This document shows positions 57,359 through 64,000 of a stretch of 64,000 nucleotides of DNA, piece after piece. Each line of letters begins with the position of its first letter. Within the stretch, counting starts at the first letter, position 1. The position numbers and the translations under genes are program-made. Below the pieces are notes generated by a model that worked only from the letters and a program-made list of their open reading frames with translations, made no database searches and was not told the DNA's origin. This DNA comes from Verrucomicrobiia bacterium (lineage in GTDB: Bacteria; Verrucomicrobiota; Verrucomicrobiia; Limisphaerales; UBA1319), in contig OY760937.1 in NCBI GenBank assembly GCA_963664225.1, positions 5,664,001-5,728,000 on the forward strand, in the 5' to 3' direction.

Positions 57359-58486
57359 ATGATGAATTTGAACCTGACCGCCCTGGCTGCGGAATTTAAT
57401 AAAAGGGCTGGCGAATTATCCGGGATGCGTGTGACTGCGGGTTTCGACGGTTTTGTCGATGAAATCATCTCGGTGGTTCAAGAGCGAAAGGGGCTTGACC
57501 AGTGGACCGCGATGTCCGACATCACCAGTTTTGGAAATTGGATCAAGGCGGCTGCGGGCCGGAGCAGCCTGCGTGAAATTATTGTCCACCGGGCCGATCC
57601 GGGAGGATGCACTGTAAACATGGGAGACGGCCTTGCCGCTCTGGGGATCCAGATAGACGCCTTCGCGACACTGGGCCAGCCGACGCATGGTGCGTTCGCG
57701 GATTTTGCAGCCAAATGTCATAGCTGCCATTCCTGGGGCAGGGAACCTGGACGAACGCTTGCCTTTGAATTCGCCGATGGAAAATTGATGTTCAGCGCCG
57801 TGACCCAATTGGCCGAATTCGATCCCGACATGCTGGATAAGGTTCTGGCGGATGGAACTTATCTGCGCGCCTGCCAGCAGGCCCGACTGGTGGCCTTGAC
57901 CGATTGGACGCTCTACCCGCACATGACCGCTTGCTGGCGCAAGCTTCAAACTGAAGTTTATGGCAAGCTGACACACCGCCCATTTTATTATCTGGATCTA
58001 GTGGATCCAACGAGCCGGTCTGAAGCGGACATTCGGGCCATGATCGAAGCGATACCTGGCTTTGAAAGAAGCGGTGCCACCGTTTTGGGGCTTAATGGAA
58101 ATGAGGCAAACGTGCTTTCACGCCTCCTGGACCTGCCCGAAGTGCATGAGGACGCACAAGCCATCCGGGACCAGGCAGAACGATTGAGGAAGAAACTGGG
58201 TATCAGCCAGGTGGTGATCCATTGCATGAAAGTGGCCGCTCGCGCTGATCAGGAGGCCGCGGTGGTTGTTCAGGGGCCTTTCTGCGCGAAACCTAAAAAG
58301 AGCACCGGCGCGGGAGATCGATTCAATGCGGGCTACTGTTCCGGATTGCTTCTGAATCTATCCCCGATCGATTGCCTTCTTTTGGGATCGGCTTGCTCGG
58401 GCTTTTTTGTGCGCAACGCGCGCAGCGCGTCCGCAGCCGAACTCGGAAAATTCATGGAATCATGGGCCGAAGGGAAGGTGGATTGA
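57359..58486 (+). CDS. PfkB/ribokinase-family carbohydrate kinase (divergent)
   Basis: C-terminal 'STGAGDRFNAG', 'LN.NEA', N-terminal 'GFDGFVD' and 'PGG'. Confidence 0.75.
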   Translation: MMNLNLTALAAEFNKRAGELSGMRVTAGFDGFVDEIISVVQERKGLDQWTAMSDITSFGNWIKAAAGRSSLREIIVHRADPGGCTVNMGDGLAALGIQIDAFATLGQPTHGAFADFAAKCHSCHSWGREPGRTLAFEFADGKLMFSAVTQLAEFDPDMLDKVLADGTYLRACQQARLVALTDWTLYPHMTACWRKLQTEVYGKLTHRPFYYLDLVDPTSRSEADIRAMIEAIPGFERSGATVLGLNGNEANVLSRLLDLPEVHEDAQAIRDQAERLRKKLGISQVVIHCMKVAARADQEAAVVVQGPFCAKPKKSTGAGDRFNAGYCSGLLLNLSPIDCLLLGSACSGFFVRNARSASAAELGKFMESWAEGKVD

Positions 58487-58513
58487 GCAAAGGCTCTCCC
58501 TTTTTATGACAGC

Positions 58514-58542
58514 AAAAAAGCCCGGTTAAACCGGGCTTTTTT
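58514..58542. terminator. Bidirectional intrinsic terminator
   Basis: aaaaaagcccggtt-a-aaccgggctttttt perfect inverted repeat between convergent genes. Confidence 0.9.
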
Positions 58543-58564
58543 CGTTCAGACAAAACATTGACCC

Positions 58565-60043
58565 TTATTGGGCGCCGTGGCAGGAGAAGCAATCCGGATC
58601 GGTTCCTTCAGATGCGGTATCCGGATGAGCGAACTTAAAGCCCGCCGAATTGAATTTCTTAAGTTCGTCCCCGCTGCCCTGGGCGATGATGATATGGCAA
58701 TCATTGCATCCGCTGGCTTCGACTTTGCGTTTGCCGTCGGCGGCGATATGCTTTCCATCGTGGCATCGGAAACATCCAGGCCAGGTCTTGTGGCCGATGT
58801 TATCAGGATAGGAACGCCAATCGGCCTTCATTTCCGGGAAGATGCTGTTGCGGGAGATTTGTTGAGCCTCGCTGATCACCGATTCAATGCGTTTTTCGTT
58901 GGGATAAGCTTTTCGCAATGTGATGGCGATGTATTCCATGGCCGCAGACTCCGTTGCGTTGGTATGGCTCAGGATGGCCACAAGATTGGACTTAATGAGA
59001 GGAATTCCCGCGTCAATCCGGCTCGTGCTTATGGCCAGATCGACGGAATCCTGAGGCGCACGGAATTGATGCGCCGGGCGGTTGTGGCAATCGAGGCAAT
59101 CCATCGTGTGAGTTTTGTATTTGGAGGGATCGTCCTTGAAATCCGCCGTGCGAAATTCGGTGACGACACCTTTGGGATCCGTCATTCGGATCCATTGGAT
59201 GGACTGCTTGTTGTCATTGGTGGAAATGAATTCCACCTTGTTGCCGATGTTCATGTGCCAGTGAATGCCGCCCACAGGGCCGTGGGTGGGATCCCCGCCG
59301 CCCACGTTCATGAGGAGGCGAAAAGTGGCGGGAGTGTTGGTCTCATCGGAAAGGTAATGGGCATAATTGCGATCCAGGCTTCCCACGAATTTCTTGGGCC
59401 AGTGGCACTGCTCGCAAGTTTCCTGTGCGGGACGGAGGTTATGAGGAGTGCCGATGGGACGATCGAAATTATTGCGGATAGTCCCCACCAATTGATTCAC
59501 ACCGTTGAGCTTGGCCTTTACAAAGGAAACAGCGCCGGGACCGACATGACACTCGGTGCAGCCAACCCTGGCATGGGGAGAATTCAGATAGGTGGTGTGT
59601 TCAGGCTTCATCGGTTCATGGCAGGTCTGACCGCAAAAGGCGACCGATTCCGCAAAATGATAGGACTCATAGCTTCCCACCGCCGAAACAAGCAGAAATA
59701 CCGCGCTGCAGATGGCAAAAATGACCAGATTGCGCCGATCGCGGGCCTTCGAAAAATCGATTGTAATGAGTGGCATCTCGGCGTTGGCCGCATTCTTGAT
59801 GATCCGGCGGCGCTGTAAAAACCAGCCCACCAGGATAAGAAAAACGCCAAAGGCCAGAAAGCCGGGGGCCACTATGAAGGTTAGAATGCCAAGGTACGGA
59901 TTGGGATCTTTAGCCAGAAGATCGATGAAGAATAACAGGATAAAACTGAATAAACTCCCAATTGCAACGACTAAACCAATAAGGCTTAACCAGTTACGAA
60001 AAGCCGAAACGTGCGTGCTTGTTTTAGATGTGGTATCACTCAT
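58565..60043 (-). CDS. Membrane-anchored NapC/NirT-related multiheme cytochrome c (ImcH-like)
   Basis: Three N-terminal hydrophobic helices; heme motifs CGQTCH, CTECH, CEQCH, CLDCH, CFRCH, CNDCH, CFSCH. Confidence 0.85.
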   Translation of the reverse strand: MSDTTSKTSTHVSAFRNWLSLIGLVVAIGSLFSFILLFFIDLLAKDPNPYLGILTFIVAPGFLAFGVFLILVGWFLQRRRIIKNAANAEMPLITIDFSKARDRRNLVIFAICSAVFLLVSAVGSYESYHFAESVAFCGQTCHEPMKPEHTTYLNSPHARVGCTECHVGPGAVSFVKAKLNGVNQLVGTIRNNFDRPIGTPHNLRPAQETCEQCHWPKKFVGSLDRNYAHYLSDETNTPATFRLLMNVGGGDPTHGPVGGIHWHMNIGNKVEFISTNDNKQSIQWIRMTDPKGVVTEFRTADFKDDPSKYKTHTMDCLDCHNRPAHQFRAPQDSVDLAISTSRIDAGIPLIKSNLVAILSHTNATESAAMEYIAITLRKAYPNEKRIESVISEAQQISRNSIFPEMKADWRSYPDNIGHKTWPGCFRCHDGKHIAADGKRKVEASGCNDCHIIIAQGSGDELKKFNSAGFKFAHPDTASEGTDPDCFSCHGAQ

Positions 60044-60229
60044 ATTGCGAATGAGGGTTATTTTCCCGAAATAAGGACCAACGTAAAGGCCAAAATACCG
60101 GGATTATTCATCCGCTGCTTTTACCTGGAAGTATCTCTCATGGATTGGAGTCCCCGGAGCTTGATTTGTCATTGTGGCCGCAAATTGAGCCAAACAACGT
60201 GAAAGCAGAGTTCTGAGGTCAAAGGATTT

Positions 60230-62290
60230 ATGTCAGACTTGCCGACTGGTTTTTCTTGGCCAGCCTTCTTAAATTTGAAAGTATCTGATCCCATGAGATG
60301 TAATTCAAATCCGGCGTGTGGACATTCAATTGTATCGGGGGGGCTGGCCGTTATTTCCAGTAAAATAGGGCTATTAGCCCTCGTATTGGCCGGGTTGGCA
60401 GGCCTCTGTTCACTGGCAGAGGCGGCAAATGAAAGTCCCGAGCCAGTGCTTCAAGCAGGCGGAAGAGATCATTCAGTCCGTCCACAGGCAATTTACACAT
60501 TTGATGCGCACAGTTTGCGGCGGTTCGATGCCACAAAACCGGCTGAAATTGCAAAAATATGGGATTCCTGCCATGTGCTGACTGCGATTCAAGGTCTGGC
60601 CAATCGTGAACGTCCACAACTTTACGTTTTTTATTGCGAGGAATTCGGGGTGGATACGGATCACTTTTGGTTTGATTGGTTTCGCGGAGAGGACGGGTGG
60701 TTGGCCGGGGCTGGAGTCAAGCCATTGCGCAATTTAGCCGAAACCGTTCGGGCCTTCCGGAATGTTGTGAATGGATTGGTTGTTTATGATCCAGCCGTTC
60801 CCGCAACCGCCAATGTGGCCTCCACGGCCGCCGGGTGTGCAAGTTTGATCCCGGTGCGTTACGATCCGACGCCCGGCAGCATCTATACGCTGTTGACCGG
60901 GGAATTGAAACTTCCTGTGAAATTGTGGCTGATCAATCCGGACGGCACATCGAAATTCACCGGCAAGGGCGTTTTGCCGGATTTTGATGTGCCATCGAGT
61001 GGCAGCGCCAAGACGGATGCCTACCGGTGGGCGATCCGGCGATTCCTCCAACCCGGCCAGTGCGATGCGCGGTATGCGGCTTATTATATCGATTCGTATT
61101 GGATGAAGATGGCCCGCAACGGCGGTCCTGATTTGCATACACTCTCCAATCACGACTATTTCATCAGCCGGAAGGCCTTCTTTTTTGACCTGTCGCCATG
61201 GGGCGATGAGCTTCCGAATGACGATCCGAATCAACCCATGGGCCTCGATCGGAAGGTATTTCTGGAGGTTCTAAATGCGCTATACCTGGCCGCCAATGGG
61301 GAGATCATCAAGGTGGGAGGATTCCCTCCCTGGCCCTACAAATATACAAACCACGGCCAGGTTGGTGGAAAACATGAGGGCGTGCCCACGGAATGGGAAT
61401 TTGGGAGGATAATCTCACAATTCAACGGATACATGGAGGCCGATGCCGCAGGATTGTCCGCCATCGCCAATGCCTCCTTTGCGCGGCATTATCCGCTGGC
61501 GGAGCGCTATGCCCAGCCCAATGCCAGGCCTTCATTTGAGACCTGGAGAAAGCGCGGTTATCTCACCACTTCAGGCAAGGTGGCTCCGAAGCTATATCTG
61601 GGATATTACGTGGGTGACTACGACGCGCCATCCTGGCTTTATAAAGCGGTGCCAGCCTTTTTCAAGGATCCCACCCGGGGCTCGGTGCCGCTGGGGTGGG
61701 CATTTGATCCGAACCTATCCGATCGCGCGCCGCAAGCATTGGTATATGCCTACCGATATGCCACGACCAATGACTATTTCATCGCGGGCGATTCGGGCGC
61801 CGGTTATCTGAATGTGCGGGGTCTGACCGAAAGACCTGACTCAGGGTTGCCCCCGGGTCTTCAGGCGTGGGTGAATCACTGCAAAAAGTATTATGCGTTG
61901 TGGGATATGAGTATCACCGGCTTTGTGCTCGATGGCTCTGCGGGAGCCGCCACGGCGAGTGATTTTGCCGCTTATCGCACTTTCAGCCCGAACGGAGCGG
62001 GCACTCATTTCGAAGCGGGACCAAGCCTTAAATCCGGGCTGCCGACATGTCGGGAAACGGATCTGCCTGATTCACCCGAGGCTGCGGTCGAAGCGATTCG
62101 GAGCCAGGCTTCCAAATTAAATGGCGAACCCGGTTTTCTTTGGGCCAGGACGATCCTTCGTTCGCCAAAATACTATTTGGATATCGCCAAAATATTGGAG
62201 GAAAAATACCCGGACCTCGCGGTGGAAGTGGTGGATCCCTACACCTTTTTCGGCCTGATCAAGCGGCATTTCCAGCAAAAAGGCCAATAA
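60230..62290 (+). CDS. GxGYxYP-family putative glycoside hydrolase (secreted)
   Basis: 'IQGLANRERPQLY', 'GLVVYDP', 'YYVGDYD', 'PLGWAFDP', 'ATTNDYFIAGDSGAGYLN'; hydrophobic signal region. Start is uncertain (60230 or 60293). Confidence 0.7.
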   Translation: MSDLPTGFSWPAFLNLKVSDPMRCNSNPACGHSIVSGGLAVISSKIGLLALVLAGLAGLCSLAEAANESPEPVLQAGGRDHSVRPQAIYTFDAHSLRRFDATKPAEIAKIWDSCHVLTAIQGLANRERPQLYVFYCEEFGVDTDHFWFDWFRGEDGWLAGAGVKPLRNLAETVRAFRNVVNGLVVYDPAVPATANVASTAAGCASLIPVRYDPTPGSIYTLLTGELKLPVKLWLINPDGTSKFTGKGVLPDFDVPSSGSAKTDAYRWAIRRFLQPGQCDARYAAYYIDSYWMKMARNGGPDLHTLSNHDYFISRKAFFFDLSPWGDELPNDDPNQPMGLDRKVFLEVLNALYLAANGEIIKVGGFPPWPYKYTNHGQVGGKHEGVPTEWEFGRIISQFNGYMEADAAGLSAIANASFARHYPLAERYAQPNARPSFETWRKRGYLTTSGKVAPKLYLGYYVGDYDAPSWLYKAVPAFFKDPTRGSVPLGWAFDPNLSDRAPQALVYAYRYATTNDYFIAGDSGAGYLNVRGLTERPDSGLPPGLQAWVNHCKKYYALWDMSITGFVLDGSAGAATASDFAAYRTFSPNGAGTHFEAGPSLKSGLPTCRETDLPDSPEAAVEAIRSQASKLNGEPGFLWARTILRSPKYYLDIAKILEEKYPDLAVEVVDPYTFFGLIKRHFQQKGQ

Positions 62291-62298
62291 AAGCACCT

Positions 62299-62329
62299 GG
62301 GAGCCTGTTCGACGCCCGGACAGGCTCTC
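62299..62329. terminator. Hairpin between the convergent GxGYxYP gene and gatB
   Basis: gagcctgttcg-acgcc-cggacaggctc. Confidence 0.5.
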
Positions 62330-62356
62330 TAAATGGGACGGGAGGTCAGCAGACGA

Positions 62357-63781
62357 TCAGGCCTGGAGTTTTTTTGCCAGGATGTCGCCAACGAGATTGG
62401 GATTGGCTTTTCCCTTGCTGAGTTTCATCACCTGGCCTTTTAGAAAGTTCAGAGCCGCGATTTTCCCGGCTTTATAATCCGCCGCGCTGCGCGGATTGGC
62501 TGCGATGGCCTCATCGCAGAATTGTTCGATGGCTCCGGTGTCGCTGACCTGGAGGAGTCCTTTCTTCTCCACAATCTCGCGCGGATTGGCGCCTGAGGCA
62601 AACATCTCGGTGAATACGTCTTGCGCAATTTTACTGCTGATTTTGCCTGAATCCACCAAATCGATCAGTTCCAGAATGGCATCGGGGGCGAATTTCACAT
62701 CCCCCAGACCGGCGTTGGATTCGGTGAGTTTTGCGCGCAGATTGTTGATGATCCAGTTTGCGGCAGCCTTTGGATTTTTTGCGCGGCCCGCGAGCTTTTC
62801 GAAATAATCGCACAGCGGCACATCGTTGACGAAGGTTTCCGCATCGGAGGCCGGCAATTGATATTGGCGTTCCAATCGGCGCTTTTTTGCCAGCGGCAGT
62901 TCGACCACCAACGTGCGCACTTCAGCCTTCCATTGTTCCGTGGGGGCAAAAGGCATCAAGTCCGGCTCAGGGAAATAGCGGTAATCATGAGCCTGCTCCT
63001 TGGTGCGCATCGTCTCGGTGATGCCGCCGATGTCATCCCAACGGCGGGTTTCCTGATATAATTTGCCTCCCTTGGTCAAAACGTCGATCTGACGGGGAAT
63101 TTCATATTCCAGGGCTTTGCGAACCCCGCTGAAACTGTTCATGTTCTTGATCTCGATCTTCATCCCCAAAGCCGTCTGGCCCTTGGGGCGAACACTGATG
63201 TTGACGTCGCAACGGACCATGCCCTTTTCCATGTCGCAATCGCTCACGCCTCCATAGATAAGGATGTCCTTCAGAGCATTGAGATAATCACACGCCATCT
63301 GGGGGGAGGTGATATCCGGTTCGGTGACGATTTCCAGGAGCGGGACACCCGCGCGGTTGAAATCCAGCCCGCTATTACGGTCAAAATGAAAACTCTTGCC
63401 CACATCCTCTTCGAGGTGCGCGCGTGTGATGCGGACCCGTCCAATCGTTCCCTCGGTTTCAAACTCGACCATGCCGGCGGAAGTGGAGGGTCTGTCGTAC
63501 TGGGTGATCTGGTAATTCTTTGGCATGTCCGGATAGAAATAATTCTTCCGGTCAAATTTGGCGTAATCGCAAATGGAGCAGTTCAACAAATAGCCCGCCA
63601 GGGCGGTCCGGCGCAGGGCTTCTTCATTGGCCACGGGCAAAACGCCTGGAAGCCCCAGACAAACGGGGCACACGTTGGTGTTGGGCGCAGCGCCATATTC
63701 ATTGGCGCAACCGCACCACATCTTGGATTTGGTTTTTAACTGGACATGCGTTTCCAGCCCGATGACAGCTTCGTATTCCAT
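62357..63781 (-). CDS. gatB: Asp-tRNA(Asn)/Glu-tRNA(Gln) amidotransferase subunit B
   Basis: 'VIGLETHVQL', 'CPVCLGLPG', 'RKNYFYPD', 'HLEED.GK', 'RCDVNIS', 'DYRYFPEPD', 'GQVMK...GKANP'. Confidence 0.97.
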   Translation of the reverse strand: MEYEAVIGLETHVQLKTKSKMWCGCANEYGAAPNTNVCPVCLGLPGVLPVANEEALRRTALAGYLLNCSICDYAKFDRKNYFYPDMPKNYQITQYDRPSTSAGMVEFETEGTIGRVRITRAHLEEDVGKSFHFDRNSGLDFNRAGVPLLEIVTEPDITSPQMACDYLNALKDILIYGGVSDCDMEKGMVRCDVNISVRPKGQTALGMKIEIKNMNSFSGVRKALEYEIPRQIDVLTKGGKLYQETRRWDDIGGITETMRTKEQAHDYRYFPEPDLMPFAPTEQWKAEVRTLVVELPLAKKRRLERQYQLPASDAETFVNDVPLCDYFEKLAGRAKNPKAAANWIINNLRAKLTESNAGLGDVKFAPDAILELIDLVDSGKISSKIAQDVFTEMFASGANPREIVEKKGLLQVSDTGAIEQFCDEAIAANPRSAADYKAGKIAALNFLKGQVMKLSKGKANPNLVGDILAKKLQA

Positions 63782-64000
63782 AATGACCTGAACCCATCAT
63801 GGCAGAAAGCACGCGACACGAAAACCTCTATTTCACATAAATGGCGAGCTGGCTTGAAAACACTTGCGAAGCCTTTTTTTGAATGCGCGATTTTTTATGG
63901 TGTCAGAAATGCTCGATTATGCGATTCTAATCATTGATATGATGCTCCACTCCGGTCATGCCGTTTTACGGAATTTCCTGTGCCTGACGGGAATCGCTGC

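Noticed and set aside
63939..64000. Possible start of a plus-strand gene running off the window (MMLHSGHAVLRNFLCLTGIA)
   Set aside because: Only about 20 codons are visible, so it cannot be supported.
1..64000. CRISPR arrays, IS elements, integrases, prophage or defence genes
   Set aside because: I found no regularly spaced repeats or recognisable protein motifs for these by eye.

Overview
A gene-dense, moderately GC-rich bacterial chromosome segment. Gene content (secreted CAZymes, Tat-exported Gfo/Idh/MocA protein, mcsA-mcsB-clpC, short-CTD topoisomerase IV, HZS-alpha-like protein) suggests a PVC-superphylum organism, probably Verrucomicrobiota; this is inference only. It holds about 40 CDS, one tRNA-Ser(CGA) and several intrinsic terminators. 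I saw no CRISPR array, transposase, integrase or prophage gene. Housekeeping genes include ilvD, rlmI, thiL-tsaE-tsaB, ilvE-mcsA-mcsB-clpC, lolC/E-lolD, a Rep/UvrD helicase, parE-parC, smc, typA, glgB and gatB. The best candidate for an undescribed system is a tightly coupled five-gene isoprenoid operon (12.9-19.5 kb): HdrA-N-like/2x[4Fe-4S] ferredoxin, radical SAM enzyme, DUF116-polyprenyl diphosphate synthase fusion, single-barrel prenyltransferase-repeat protein, and a class II (DxDD) squalene-hopene-cyclase-like enzyme with an altered active site. No hpnCDE or squalene synthase gene is in the window. Other notable observations: an IlvD carrying a SnoaL/NTF2-like inserted domain; tandem NrdR-box-like sites flanking a DnaA box in the divergent parE/smc promoter; a Rep-type helicase; an ImcH-like 7-heme membrane cytochrome; and a probably autoregulated SPFH-Arc-PH operon. 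All family calls come from motif recognition by eye, not from database searches.
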